A DNA stretch of 62,667 nucleotides, filler included, from Chiloscyllium plagiosum (GCF_004010195.1; 3 parts of one record of this genome joined end to end with filler, not necessarily neighbours in it); one strand, 5' to 3'. Positions 13,221 to 26,684 are shown, numbered from the whole stretch's first letter. Made by a program: numbers and translations. Notes: generated by a model not told the origin, from the sequence alone.

Positions 13221-14028
13221 GTACGTATATCAGTCTTTAGTCTTTGGCACCTTGGTGAAACCACCCTGGTTTGAATTTAATCCCAGTGGGGCTTGTTGTA
13301 AATTAACTGTTAATTTTTGATCTTGTGTGCATGTGAACACAGAAAAATCTGCAAACCTCAGGTCAGTCAACTAATAGCTTCTGCTGAAGAATTGCACCAG
13401 AAACGTTCACCTGTTTTTCTGTTTTGGTAGCTGGCTGACTTACTGTACATCTTTATCTGAAATAACTAAGCTTATGGTTTTGCTCATGGTATCTTGTTAT
13501 CCAAGAGCCAGTGAGTGATTGATGTTTTAAAGTATTTTTGGTTGGTGCAAACACCCAATGCTCTAAACAGGACTAATGGTTTCAAAGTGCTTATTGATAC
13601 TCGTTATAATTTACAAGATAAGAGGCAACCTTATTGAAACATAAAAAAATTGGGGATTTGACAGGGTAGATGTTGAAAGGCAGTTACCTCTTATGGGAGT
13701 CTACGACAAGATGGCACAAGCTCACAGTAAGGGATCACACTTTTAAGGCAGGGATGAGGGGGGTTTTATTTTCCTTGACGGTAGTGAATCTGTAATATTC
13801 TTTACTGTACAGAGCTATTGATGCTCGGTCATTAAGTATATTCAAAGCTCAGGCAGATATTTAGTCCGTAAGGGAATCAATTATAAACAAAAGTTAGAGT
13901 AGAGTTGAAGATAATCGGCCATTTTCACACTCTGACGGAGCTGATACCTTATGGATTAGTTAGGATGAGTGAAAAGGGAATGTAAACAGTAACAAAGCAT
14001 TTGATGATTGGCTGCTGGAAATCTGGAG

Positions 14029-14245
14029 AGTGGTGCTGGAAAGGCACAGCAGGTCAGGCAGCATCCGAGGAGCAGGGGAATCGATGTTTTGGGCATAAGC
14101 TCTTCATCAGTAATGATTGCTGGTGAAGGGCTTGTGCCAGAAACGTCAGTTCTCCTCCTCGGATGCTGTCTGATCTGCTGTGCTTTTCCAGCACCACACT
14201 CTCGACTCTGACCTCCAGCATCTGCAGTCCTCACTTTCTCCTCCT
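14029..14245. mobile_element. Inverted Penelope-terminus pair (family A) in the last HSPBAP1 intron
   Basis: 16-bp TSD tgctggaaatctggag at 14013-14028 and 14246-14261; head-to-head arms with degenerate hammerhead cores. Confidence 0.85.
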
Positions 14246-14383
14246 TGCTGGAAATCTGGAGCCTATCAAATTGGGTAAGACTTTTGTGTAACCAATGCAT
14301 GTGAAGTGTGAATCTGCCAGACATGAACATGTTGAAATAATAAGTATATTTATAAATCAAAGCTTTTTTTTCTCTTCATTTAG

Positions 14384-14863
14384 GCTGAAGTCACTTCACT
14401 TGAGACAAACTTGCATTATGTCAACCTTGCAGTTCAGGCCTGTATAGATAAGCGAAAGGTTTGCTCCTCAACGGGCAGAAACCTATCAGCACGGAGTTTG
14501 TCTACCTTTAAGAGAAGGAAATGTGATTCAGGTGATGGAGCAGGATACTCAGCAGTTGCAGATGCAGATCCTAAACCTGCCCTGACCACCAGCATTCCTT
14601 TTGGGCCTAATCTACTTCCGGTGGTCCAAGATACAGGAGCAACAGCCAAGCACAGAGTCCCCAGTGACTCGAGCAAGGCGAATATTTCTCTTAGCAGTAA
14701 GTTGGAAGCTAATAATTGTAGTGGAAAAGTGGGCAGTAATTCCAAAAATATTGGAGTTCACAGCACAACAATATCCACTGATGAGTTGCTGAACTGTTTG
14801 GTTCACCCTGACATGATCAGTTTAATGACTGAAATTCTGCTGGACAGTCACTTCTCTCATTAG
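14384..14863 (+). CDS. HSPBAP1: HSPBAP1 final coding exon, ending in TAG
   Basis: Polypyrimidine tract plus AG at 14382-14383, in frame with the previous exon. Reads AEVTSLETNLHYVNLAVQA...PFGPNLLPV...ISTDELLNCLVHPDMISLMTEILL, matching the recalled HSPBAP1 C-terminal motifs PFGPDLVPV and ISTDDLLDCLVNP. Confidence 0.92.
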   Translation, partial: AEVTSLETNLHYVNLAVQACIDKRKVCSSTGRNLSARSLSTFKRRKCDSGDGAGYSAVADADPKPALTTSIPFGPNLLPVVQDTGATAKHRVPSDSSKANISLSSKLEANNCSGKVGSNSKNIGVHSTTISTDELLNCLVHPDMISLMTEILLDSHFSH

Positions 14864-14910
14864 TCAGACAAGCTCTTCAATGTCGATTGATTTTATTTTT
14901 TTAGTGTGGA

Positions 14911-14932
14911 AATAAACTATTCCTAAAATAAA
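14911..14932 (+). promoter_or_regulatory. Candidate HSPBAP1 polyadenylation signals (two AATAAA)
   Basis: AATAAA at 14911-14916 and 14927-14932, about 50-70 nt after the stop codon. Confidence 0.45.
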
Positions 14933-16129
14933 GTGTCTGACTCAATCTATCAATATTACACAGTCATAAGAAATAGTAGCTGGCAGAAGCCAAAAAGACC
15001 CATTCCACCTTTCTGTAACATCGTAGCTCATCTTCTGTCTCAGCTCCACTTCCCTTTGCAATCAATGACCGAGCATCTGGAATAGAGGTTGCCAAACACA
15101 CACCATCCTTGAAATGAAGCAATGTCACCATATCTCAGCCCTATTGCTTACTGTGTATCCTGTGACTGTGTCCTCTCACTCTAGGCGGACTAGGCCACAG
15201 TGACAATGCCTGGTTGTCACTCTCCTTGGTCACGCTTATTTGATGGCACTTACATCTAGAAATGTTTATGTCAACTGTTGCAGGGTATCTGCAGTCTCTG
15301 GACAGCCCTGAGAATCATCTTGGACAAGTAAATGTGTGTGTTTATCAGCTGATTGCGAATATTCCACCACAATGCTTTAGCAGGAACTGTTCTTTATTCT
15401 TTTGTGGAAGATGGATGTCACTGGAATTTGTTGCCTGTCCCTAACTGCCCTTGAACTGAGTTGTATACGTCAGAGGGTAGCTAAGAGAAAACCACACTAA
15501 AACTGGAGTTGCATATAGACCAGAACAGGGAAAATGGTGGGTTTTCTTCCCCACACGACATGAGTGCACTAGACTAGACTTACTTAAAGAAAAATAACAA
15601 TCGTTGGGGTCATTATTGAGATTGGTTTTATAATTTCAGATTTTATTAATTGTATTTGGATTCCACAACTTGCTGTGCTGGGATTTGAGCCTGTGTACTC
15701 AGAGCTTGGGTCTCCAGGTTACTAATTCAGTGACATTAGCACAAGCTGCCATCTCCTCCTATTTCACTCCTTAGTTTAGGGGAGGAGTATTAAATGTTTG
15801 TCTGGCATCCTGTGATGGAATAAAGAAGGTTTGAATTTAAAATTTCTGATGTTAGCTGTATTGAAGGATCTAAAACATAAAACAAGTCAAAGCAACACCA
15901 ATCCTGTGGCAGAAACAACAATTTCAGGACCTTGACATGCAATTTGAAATTCCTGTAATTCCAATTATAACAAGTTCAGCATGAACAGTTGATCAATTTT
16001 TGCTCACTTATCCAAAGACTTGCATGTTAATCACTCTGAGATGCTCAAAGTATACCCAAACCTCCTTTGGCTAAAGAGTCAGCAGTCAGAAGTGAGTGTA
16101 GTAGGCAACACCTAAGGAGGTGGCGTTGG

Positions 16130-17480
16130 GGGAAGCTGAAAGGTCTGAAGTGGGATAAATCACCCAGACTGGATGGGCTACACCCCATAGTTCTGAAGGA
16201 GATAGCTGAGCGATTGTAGAGGTATTGGTGATCTTTAAAGAGTCCATTACCAAGGATGAGTGTGTAGTACTTGGAAATGCATGGTAAGGTAAGACTTAAT
16301 CAGCATAACTTCAAGGGGAAGTCATGTCTGACACATCTTTTAGAATTCTTTGAGGAGGTAAAGTGCAGTTTGGACAAAGAGGCAGTGGACGTGACCAGTC
16401 TGGATTTTGAGATGGCCTTTGACAATGTGCTGCACTGGTGACTGCTAAATAAGAGCCCATAGTGTTAGGGGCCTCGATGGAGGATTGGCTGGTATGCAGA
16501 GAGTGGAGTTAAAGGGTTCTTTTTCAAAATGGCAGCTGGTGACTAGTTGGCTTCCGCAGAGTTTGATGTTGAAACCACAACTATTCTCGTTATACATTAA
16601 TAATCTCGATGAAAGAACTAAGGGCTGTTTGCAGATGACACAGATAGGTGGAGGGGCAGGTAGGACTAAGGAGATAGGCTGCAGAAGGATTTGGATAGGC
16701 TAGGAGACTGAGCAAAGAAGTAGCAGTTGGAATGTATTATGGAAAAGTTGGGTAGGAAAAATAGAAATGTAAACTATTTTCTAAATTGGGTCAATGTTTG
16801 GTAATCTGAAGGGCAAAGGAACTGTGGGAGTCCTAGTTCGGAATTCTCTTAAGATTCGGTTGACAGATTGGAAGGTAAATACAATGTTAGTGTTCATTTC
16901 AAGAGGGTTCGATTACAAAAGCAGAAATAGACTGCTAAGGCGATATGAGACTCTGGTCAGACTATTTTGAATATTGTGAGCAGTTTTGGGCCCTGTATCT
17001 AAGAAAGGATGTGCTTGCATTTGAGGGGGTCCAGAGGATGCTCACAAGAATGATCCTGGGTGTAAAGGGTTTGTCATGTGAAGAGCAGTTGAGGTCTCTG
17101 GGTCTGTGTGCGATGGAGTTTAAAAGGACAAAGTGGGGTGTGCGGGGGGGGGAGAAGAACCTCATTGAATCTTACAGAATCCTGAGAGGCCTGGATACAG
17201 TGCATGTGAAAAAGATGTTTCCACTAGGAAGATTGACTAGGACCTGACATCCTCCAGGTGAAAGGATGACCCTTGGGAACTGAGATGAGGAATTTCTTCA
17301 GCCAGAGGGTGGTGAACCTGTGGAAGTCATTGCCACAGAGGGCTGTGGAGGCCAAATCATTGAGTGCATTTCGGACCGAGATAGATAGATTGATGAGTAA
17401 GGGGATCAAGGCTTCCAGGAAGAAGGCAGGAGAATGGGAGTGAGAAATATATCAGCCATGATCAAAAGGCAGGGTAGACT
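16130..17480 (+). mobile_element. Degenerate CR1 LINE
   Basis: Remnants of PQGS.L.PQLF..YIN.LD and EYCEQFWA.YLRKDV. Confidence 0.8.
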
Positions 17481-19871
17481 CAAAACTGCGGGCTCTAAGA
17501 GCTACAAGACAAGCACACGTGGGAACTCGACCAGCAAATTTCTCTCCACAAACAATCTGGACTCTCCACTGTCACGGAGTCAATAGCCTGGATCTTCCTC
17601 ACTAACAGTGTTACAGCTGTCTCTGCAGCAGATCTATGACAGCAGTTTAGGGATTGAATGGCCACTTGGTTCACTTTTCATTGTACCCCTATATTCCTGA
17701 ATGTGAGAACATGTGACAATAGAGTTAGAAGTACTAGGTGATGACTATCTCCAAAAAGAGCAAATCTAACATAGCCCCTCAATGTTCAATGGCATTACCT
17801 TACAATCCCCCACAATCACCAGCCTGGGGCTTATCATCGACTAGAAACTAAACCGGACTAACCTTATTAATGCTTTCACAAGAGCAGGTCAGAGGCTATG
17901 AATACTGCAGCACAAAACTTGCATCCTGACTCCCTAAAGCCTGCCCACAATCTGCAAGGAACATGTGAAAAGTGTAATGGAATTCACTTGTCTGGATGGG
18001 TGCATCTCTACTCAAGATGCTTTATCCCATCCAGGACAATGCAGCCTACCTGACTGGCAGCACGTCTACTACTTTTGCCATTCATTTCCTGCATCATAAT
18101 ACAGTGTGTACAATCTACTAGATGGACTGCAGTAACTCACCAAAACTCTTACAAGCAGCACATGTGAAACCCATGACCTTTATCCCCTCAAAGGAACACA
18201 CCACCTGCAAATTCTACATCATATTCAGACTTGGGAATGATGTCTCCATTCCTTTACTGTTTTTGTATTAAAATCGAATAACTCTTGAACAGCCCTGCAA
18301 ATATTGTTCTACCCCAAGGACTCCAGTGGTTCAAAAAGGTAGCTCACCAACATCTTCCCTGTGGCAATTAGGGATGGGCAATAAACACTGGCCTAGCCAC
18401 ATCCCATGAGTGACTTCAAAATAACGATGTTGCTGAAGACTTGTACAAGTAGCTCTCTTCTCTACGTATATTTATGGAATGACGTATCTCCGCATTTTCA
18501 TGTGCCTTTGCTTCATTGAAATTATAGCATCATCACGACATTGAGTTGTACAATTACGATATCAACCTCCAAAAAGACTGCAGTTTTGCCAAGACTGACT
18601 GGCAAATGTGGTCATGTAGCGAGGTGTAACATTTCCGTCAAATTCACCACATCACATTAAGAGCAAGCTTGAAAACTTGTAATCTTGCAGAATGAAAATA
18701 TTCAAGTGCAGGAAAGAATAAATTGCAGGTTTACAGTGACATGGCTAATGTGTTTGAAGGATCCCAAGTTAGAGAGAATGAAGCAATAATTTTCAACCAA
18801 GACATTTGTTGACAGTCATGTTTATTTCATTGAGTACATTTACAAAAATAAACAATCTCCAGTGTTAAAATATATGTATTGTGCTACGCTGAATTATTCC
18901 TTCATTTTTTTCCCCCAGACTGATACTACATAAATATTCTCAAAAGAACAAGCAATTTTGAATTTCTGTGTAGCATATGCAGCCACGTTCTGAAAGGGAG
19001 GTGTTTTGAGAGTTTGTTTTCTTGTCGCTTTGTATTTCACTTAAATTGATCATAAAATGTATGAAAATCCACCTCTGGCTGCACTACTGTTTGAAATCCA
19101 CAAATATTAAATAGCATAGGTGTAATAATTGTATTTCACAAGACTAAATGATTCAGGTCATTAATCTATCTTGCGCCCAGCCAGACTGTTAAAGAATGCT
19201 CCACTTTCCCTCCTTTGTATTCAACGCTGACTGCTCTAATGGGTTCTATAGGCCTTCCCTCTCAACACTTCATTTGCTGCACTTCATTTTACAGAATTTC
19301 ATAAGTTTTATAGCCCAAAAACAGCTAATGGAACCAACCAATACATTCCAGTGAGCGTTTATGTGGCTCAGAAATTTCTTCAAGCCCTACTTCATCTTTG
19401 GGTCCAGCAACTTCAAAACTGCCCGACTGATTTCAGTCAATAACCAGACCAAACCAAGTCAGAGAAAAACTGAGCTGGGAGAACATGCCACTCCCCTTTC
19501 ATTGTGCAAGTGATTTTGTTTAAATCTTGAAAGCCTTTTTCCTGAGGAAGTACCTGTTAGCTATAATCAAACTGGACCGAAAACCCTTCAACTCGGACTT
19601 TTCAGAGTCTGTATCTTTTACAACCTCTCTGAAAAAATAACCAACTACAACATAACCTTGTTAAAAGAGCAGCATCATCGCAATATCTGAATTTCTCTTG
19701 AGTGCCTCAAGTATGTCAAGCATGCCATTTCTATGGCCTGAAACAGCACTGATAATTCTGCACATTCACAGAGTTCATTCCTGGCTTTTGTAATGATTAG
19801 ATATTTTCAAGCCACTTAAAGTGATTTGATTTACTGTTGTCATGTGTACCTAGATACAGTGAAAAGTTTTG

Positions 19872-20312
19872 GATATACGTTTAGTGACTGAGTTGGAAGG
19901 TTCATGACCTACTCTCACTAGTGTCCTTACATACAGAAGAGAAAGGACACCACTTTGACTGAGACAACACATCCATCCTAGGACAAGCCAGAGACAAGCA
20001 TGAGAATCCCTAGAAGCATGGCATTCCAACCGGAACTCTATCTACAATCACATTGACTTGGATCCCATTTATCACCCCCTGAGAAAAAGAACTGGAAATG
20101 ACATCACCATAGGAGATGATGTCACCACAGGAAATGACATCGTCAATCCAAGGAAACCCAAACATATAAATAGAAAGTGGGCTACATCACCAGTGCTTCA
20201 TCTGGAGGCTCACTGAAATGCTACCTAGTATGGTGAAAACGAACCTTCCAGCTCAGCGAGCAAACCTACATCCAGAACCTCAAGCTGAGCTACAAATCTT
20301 CTCAAAACTTAA
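19872..20312 (+). mobile_element. Penelope-like element 3' fragment (family C) with an inverted 5' piece
   Basis: 12-bp TSD tgaaaagttttg at 19860-19871 and 20313-20324; endonuclease C-terminal remnant (HHFD*DNTSILGQA...LEAWHSN...HIDLDPIY); degenerate hammerhead near 20211. Confidence 0.7.
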
Positions 20313-20434
20313 TGAAAAGTTTTGTTTTGAGAGTAGTATAGGCATATCATGCCATGCAAAGATCATAGGGTGATAGAACAAAGCAAGGAATACTAAGTTA
20401 TGGCTCCAAAGAAGGTGCATAAAAAGGAATGACG

Positions 20435-21125
20435 TGGAGGAGCTGATGCTGGACTGGGGTGTACAAACTTAAACATCACACAACACCAGGTTATAGTTCA
20501 ACAGGTTTATTTGGAAGCACTAGTTTTCGGAGCGCTGCTCCTTCATCAGATGGTTATAGAGCAGGACCATAAGACATAATTTATAGCAAAATATTACAAT
20601 GTCATGGAACTGAAATGATGTATTAAAGAGACCTGGATTGTTCTGAAGTCTTTCATCTTTTAGAATGGGTTGCAGGTTTCGGTTCATTAATGTGTAAATC
20701 CCAGAACTTCTTTTAAGTCACATTCTCAAGATAACTTAAGGTTTTATATAAAAGAAAGGTGACATCTCAGCTCAGACAATGCATTAAAGGTGTAAGATTA
20801 GAGTCTGTCCATATCCCAATCCTGAGTTGGACTGGTTCTATTTCCAAAGTGGAATTTACAAAATATTACATGAATTGACTGCCTGCAGATTGTGCATTTT
20901 TTGAACAAATAGAATGTATCTGCAAATATAATTCTGCAAATGCAAATTCACCCTATAGACTTATACCTGTGTGTGCGTGCATAGAGAGAGAGAGACTGTT
21001 GATGTGTGAGTGCACGAGTATGTGGTTGTGTCCATGCTTGGTAAAGTGTGTGTGATGGACTATAAAGCTGTGAGAGGGTGTGTGCGTGGGTGTGAGTATG
21101 AAGGGTGTACTTGTGTCTATGAGAA
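20435..21125 (-). mobile_element. Penelope-like element 3' end (family B)
   Basis: Homologous to 11526-11940; minus strand CTGATGAAGGAGCAGCGCTCCGAAAACTAGTG near 20520-20550. Confidence 0.7.
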
Positions 21126-21789
21126 AGATCTCTTCAGGCTCTTGAGAGAATCCACAGAAACTCTTCAGCTGGGTCAATAAAGCTCCACCAAAAATGAAGA
21201 GGGTTGATACAATGTGAAGCAGCCTGCTTCACAGGTGTGCCATCCATCACCTTAAACACTGACTGCCTTTAACACTGATGTAAGGTGGCAGCAAGAACGT
21301 ACCGTCTCCAAGATGCCCAGCAGAAGCTTTACAAGCCTTCAAACAAAAGCCTTCCCCACCACTACCTCTGGAGGCTAGAATTTCAAGGGAAGCAGATCCA
21401 TGGGGACACCACCATCTTCAAGTTACACACCAGCTGCCTTGCAACTATATTTCAATCATTTCAATGTCACTAAAAATGTTGGAGTGTTCCACCCCAAGAG
21501 CACTGTAGTCCACATGGACTCCTGTAGTTTGAGAAGGCAACTCATCATCACCTTCTCCAGGGCATTAAGGGATGGTCAACAATATATAAACATACAAACA
21601 AAGAGGAAGAGTAGGCCACTTGGTCCTTATAGCCTACTCCGTCATTTAATAAGATGATGGCTGAACTGATTTTAACCTCAACTCCACACTCCTGTATAAC
21701 TGCAAACCTCTTTCGTGAAGAAAATGCCAGTCTGGCCAGAGAAGCTGACATATCATGAAAGAATTCAAAGAGGACAGCCAATAAGGTCA

Positions 21790-22380
21790 GCTCAGAGTAC
21801 AACAGGACCTTGAGCTGATGGGCCGATGGGCCAAGGAGCAGCAGATAGAGTTTAATTTAAATAAATGCGAGTTGCTGCATTTTGGTAAGGCAAATTAGGA
21901 CAGGACTTACACACTAATGGTAAGGTCCTGGGGAGCATTGCTGAATAAAGGAGTGCAGGTTCATAGTTCCTTGAAAGTGGAATCCCACGTAGATAGGATA
22001 GTGAAGAAGGTGTTTGGTATGCTTGCCTTTTTTGGTCAGTGCATTGAGTGTGGGAGTTGGGAGTTCATGGTGCGATTGTACAGGACATCGGTTCGGCCAC
22101 TTTTGCAATCCTGCATTCAGTTTTGCTCTCGCTGCTATAGGAAGGATGTTGTAAAACTTGAAAGGGTTCAGAAACGATTTACAAGGGTTTTGCCAGAATT
22201 GGAGGGTTTAAGGTAGAGGGAGAGGCTGAATACGCTAGGGCTATATTCCCTGGAGTGTTAGAGGCTGAGGGGTGACCTTATAGAAGTTTATAAAATCATG
22301 AGGGGCATGGACAGGATAAATAGCCAAAGTTTGTTTCTTAGGGTAGTGGAGTTCAAAACTAGAGGGCATAGGTTTAAGTG
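21790..22380 (+). mobile_element. CR1 fragment
   Basis: ORF 21917-22216 resembles the CR1 ORF2 C-terminus. Confidence 0.85.
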
Positions 22381-22495
22381 TGCCATTTCAGAGGGTAATC
22401 AAGACTCAACCACATCGCTGTGAGTGAGTTTTGAGAAGATTTGTAGCTCATGTTGAGGTCCTGGTTGTAGGTTTGCTCACTGAGCTGGAAGGTTC

Positions 22496-24523
22496 CCTCC
22501 AAGGTTCGCCTTGGATGACGAGAACAGAGGAGCTTCTCGTCAAAAGGAAGAAGGCAGCTTATGTAAGGTGGAGGAAGCAAGGATCTAGCACACCTTTAGA
22601 GGATTACAGGCTTGCTAGAAAGGAGCTCAGAAATGGACTGAGGAGAGCCAGGAGGGGGCACAAAAAAGGCTGGGCAAGAAGGAATAGGGAGAACCCAAAG
22701 GCATTTTACTCATACGTGAGGAATAAGAGAATGATCAGGGAGTAGGTAGGGCCAATCAAGGATAGCGGAGGGAAGTTGTGCGTGGAGTCTGAGCAGATAG
22801 GGGAAACCCTAAATGAGTTTTTTTGCTTCTGTTTTCACCAAAGAAAGGGACCTTGTTGTGAATGAAAACTTCGAGGAGCTGGGAAACAGTCTTGACTAGG
22901 TCAAGATTGATGAAGATGATGTGCTGGAAATTTTGGAAAACATTAATATTGATAAGTCCCCAGGGCCAGACCAGATTTATCCTAGGCTGCTCCGGGAAGT
23001 GAGAAAGGAGGTTGCTAAGCCACTGGCGAAGATCTTTGCCTCCTCACTCTCCATGGGAGTCGTACCGGAGGATTGGAAGGAGGCAAATGTTGTTCCTCTT
23101 TTCAAGAAGGGGAATAGGGAAACCTCTGGCAATTACAGACCAGTCAGTCTTACGTCTGTGGTCAGCAAAGTTTTGGAAATAATTTTGAGGGATAGGATTT
23201 ATGACTATTTGGCAAAGCACAATGTGATTAAAGGCAGTCAGCATGGCTTTGTGAGGAGCAGGTCATGCCTCACAAATCTTATCGAGTTCTTTGAGGAGGT
23301 GATGAGACAGGTCGATGAAGGTCGAACAAGGGATGTGGTGTATATGGACTTCAGCAAGGCATTTGATAAGGTTTCCCATGGTAGGCTCATTCATAAAGTC
23401 AGGAAGTATGGGATACAGGGAGATTTGGCTATCTGGATTCAGAATTGGCTGGCTGACAGAAGGCAGAGAGTGGTTGTAGATGGAAAGTATTCTGCCTGGA
23501 GGTCAGTGGTGAATGGGGTCCCAGAGGGCTCTGTTCTTGGGCTTCTGCTCTTTGTAGTTTTTATAAATGACTTGGATGAGGAGGTTGAGGGGTGGGTTAG
23601 TAAATTTGCAAATGACACAAAGTTTGGAGGTGTCATCGATAGTATAGAGGGCTACTGCAGGCTGCAGCGCGACATAGACAGAATGCAGAGCTGGGCTGAG
23701 AAATGGCAGATGGAGTTCAACCTGGATAAATGCGAAGTGATGCATTTTGGAAGGTCGAACTTGAATGCTGAATATAGGATTAAAGACAGGATTCTTGGCA
23801 GTGTGGAAGAACAGAGGGATCTGGGTGTGCAAGTACATAGATCCCTCAAAGTTGCCACCCTAGCGGATAGGGTTGTTAAGACAACATATGGTGTTTTGGC
23901 TTTCATTAACACAGGGATCGAGTTTAAGAGCCGCAAGGTTTTGTGCAGCTCTACAAGTCCCTAGTGAGACCACACTTGGAATATTGTGTCCAGTTCTGGT
24001 CACTCTACTAGAGGAAAGATACAGAGGCTTTGGAGAGGGTGCAAAGAAGGTTTACCAGGATGCTGCCTGGACTGGAGGGCTTGTCTTATGAAGAAAGGTT
24101 GAATAAGCTTGAACTTTTCTCTTTGGAGAGAAGGAGGAAGAGAGGAGACCTGATCGAGGTATACAAAATAATAAGTGAAATAGATAGAGTCAATAGCCAG
24201 AGACTTTTCCCCAGGGCTGGATTGACTGGTATGAGGAGTCATAGTTTGAAGATATTAGGAGGAAGATATAAAGGAGACGTCAGAGGTAGCTTCTTTGCGC
24301 AGAAAGTTGTGAATGAATGCATGGAATGCATTGTCAGCTGTGGTGGTGGAAGCAGAGTCATTAGGGACATTTAAACGACTGCTGGACATGCACATTGATA
24401 GCAGTGAGTTGAGGGGTGCATAGGTTAAGTTACTATATTTTACGTTAGGATTAAACCTAGGCACAACATCGTGGGCCAAAGGATCTGTTCTGTGCTGTAC
24501 TTTTCTATGATCTTTGTTCTGTG
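22496..24523 (+). mobile_element. Relatively young 5'-truncated CR1/HER1 LINE with a 347-aa open RT segment
   Basis: ORF 22921-23964 has KSPGPDQI, NYRPVSLTS, QHGF, YMDFSKAFDKV, GVPEGSVLG and KFANDTK (catalytic DD changed to ND), followed by a frameshift; 3' tail at about 24500. Confidence 0.95.
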
Positions 24524-24573
24524 TTCATTTTCAGCCGTTTTGTCACCATACTAGGTAAGCTTCATTTGAAGGC

Positions 24574-24613
24574 TCACTGAAGATGTTACCTGATATGGTG
24601 ATGAAACGTCTGA
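24574..24613 (+). ncRNA. Minimal type I hammerhead ribozyme motif (Penelope family C)
   Basis: TCA CTGAAGA T GTTACC tgatat GGTGAT GAAA CG TC TGA: stem I TCA/TGA, 6-bp stem II, all core residues present. Confidence 0.65.
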
Positions 24614-24725
24614 AAATGAACCTTGCAGCTCAGCGAGCAAACCCACATTCATATTGCTAAGAGCATGGAGTCTCAGGTAGGCCAGATCAGATAGAAATGG
24701 TAGCTTTCTCTTCCTTAGACTACAT

Positions 24726-25225
24726 TGATTTGATTTGATTTGATTGTTGTCACATGTACCAAGATATAGTGAAAAGTATTGTTTTCCATGCTATCCAAGC
24801 AAATGATACCTTACATAAATACATCAGGGTAATAGAACAGAATGCAGTATATAGTGTTACAGCTACAGAAAAGGTGCAGAGAATGATCAATCCTATTATA
24901 GGAGACGTCTGTGCATAAGTCTGATAACAGCAGGGAAGAAGCTGTTGGTACATGTTTACAAACTTTTGTATCCTCTGCCCGATGGAAGAGGATGGAAGAG
25001 AGTATCACCAGAGTGGAAGCGGTCTTTGATTATGTCTGCTGCTTTCCCGAGGCAGTAGGAAGTGTGGACAGAAAGCTGGTTTGCGTGATGGACTGGACTG
25101 TGTTCACAGCTCTCTGTAATTTCTTGCGATCTTGGGCAGAGTAGATCCTATGCTGAGCTGTGATGCATCTGGATAGGATGCTTTCTAAGGTGCATCTATA
25201 AAAATTGGTAAGAGTCATTGTGGAG
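24726..25225 (-). mobile_element. Rex1/Babar-like LINE, 3' end
   Basis: FYRCTLESILSRCITA...QDRKKLQR motif; (gattt)n tail; related copies at 35350-35660 (+) and 41060-41605 (+). Confidence 0.65.
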
Positions 25226-26274
25226 ATTGATGAATCAGATGGGTTATTACAGAAATCAATGACAGATTCATGGTTCCCATTACTGAGACCTAGTCTTCAG
25301 TTCTGTATTTTAATTAATTGAGTTTATATTTCTCCAGTGGCAGTAGTGGGCTTTGAACGCATGTTCCCAGAACATTAGCCCAGATGTCTGGATTATTAGA
25401 CCAGTGACATTACCACTACATCACCATGTTTCCATTTCAGCTGACAAAAGGGTTGGTTCTGTAATGCTACAGTTTGTCTGTGAGAGTCAAGTGTCGGGTG
25501 AAGGATGGGTTAAAGTTCTCTAGTTACATTTGAGCTTATACACCAGCCACACACACACTGTTTCAAAGGATGTGCAGTGGGGAAGCAATTGATTTAGTGT
25601 CAAGGTTCATGAAAGACGCTCAGACGATCAATTCTCCCTTTAATGCCATAAATCCACCATAGGGATTGAATCTAGTTTTCCATAAGCTCACACAGCCCTC
25701 TATTGAGTCAACAGTTTCACAGCACCTCAAGATTCAGAGCAGGAAAAGAAGCTGTTGGCCTGAGAATGTTTCACATCACAATCTAGTAGTTGGTTAATCC
25801 AGTTTTATCACTCCTGAAAGAACAGAAAGATGAACATTTATGTCTTTCATCGCTTCAGGATATCCCAAAGCGCATTACAGGCAGTGAATTGGTTTTGAAT
25901 TCCTGTCACTACTGTCACTGTAACAATTAATTTGTGCACAGCTAGCTTCCGCAAACAGTAACATCACCATAGTCCTGCTGGACCTATGGGCTGCTCTCTC
26001 GTTAGAGACAGCGAGAGATGTTTGGTGGTGGTTTAACCTGAGGCTCACCATGCCTCAAGCGAGGGGAGAGGTTGAAATGGAAAGTCCATCATGGTGCAGG
26101 AATTGGACCCAAGCTGTTGGCATCAGTCTGTCCAATCAATTGAGCTTACTGACCTCTTTCCACAAAGTGATATGTAACAATGCTAATCTGTTTAGTCATG
26201 TTCATGGAGCAGTAAACACTGGGGAAAACTGTCCCACTCTTTCTTTTGGTAGTACAGTGGGATTCCTTTTATTT

Positions 26275-26600
26275 TATTCATTCATGGAATATGGGTGACA
26301 CTGGCGAAGCCAGCATTTAGTGTCCATCCCTAATTGCCCAGAGGGCAGATAAGAGTCAAACACTTTGCTATGGATCTGGACTCACATGTAGACCAGGTAA
26401 GGATGGCAGTTTCCTTCCCTAAAGGACATTATTGAACCAGATGGGTTTTCCAATAATTGACAATGGATTTACAGTCATCATTAGACACTTAATTCCAGAT
26501 TTCTTTTATTCTGTTCAAATTCCACCATCAGAATTTGAACCAAGGAGCCAGAAGGATTTTTGGATTAATAGCTAACGATAATACCAGTAGGCCTGATGTC
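26275..26600 (-). mobile_element. tRNA-derived SINE (second family) sharing its tail with the second LINE family
   Basis: Homologous to 15410-15760, 51240-51555 and 40350-40900; tail ggcaattagggatggg...aatgctggc. Confidence 0.65.
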
Positions 26601-26650
26601 TAGCTGTGAGGGTAGATGGGGCTTCAGGTTAACATGTATCATCAGTGACA

Positions 26651-26684
26651 TCCTGAAGAAGGGCCTGTGCCCGAAACGTCGAAT
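26651..26684 (+). ncRNA. Minimal type I hammerhead ribozyme motif (Penelope family A)
   Basis: TC CTGAAGA A GGGC ctgt GCCC GAAA CG TC GA; predicted cleavage after C26680. Confidence 0.65.

Noticed and set aside
21548..21802. Hydrophobic minus-strand ORF as the SLC15A2 last exon
   Set aside because: It overlaps retroposon tails and lacks convincing similarity or a splice acceptor.
22921..23964. 347-aa ORF as a host gene or active reverse transcriptase
   Set aside because: 5'-truncated CR1 ORF2 with FADD changed to FAND and a downstream frameshift.
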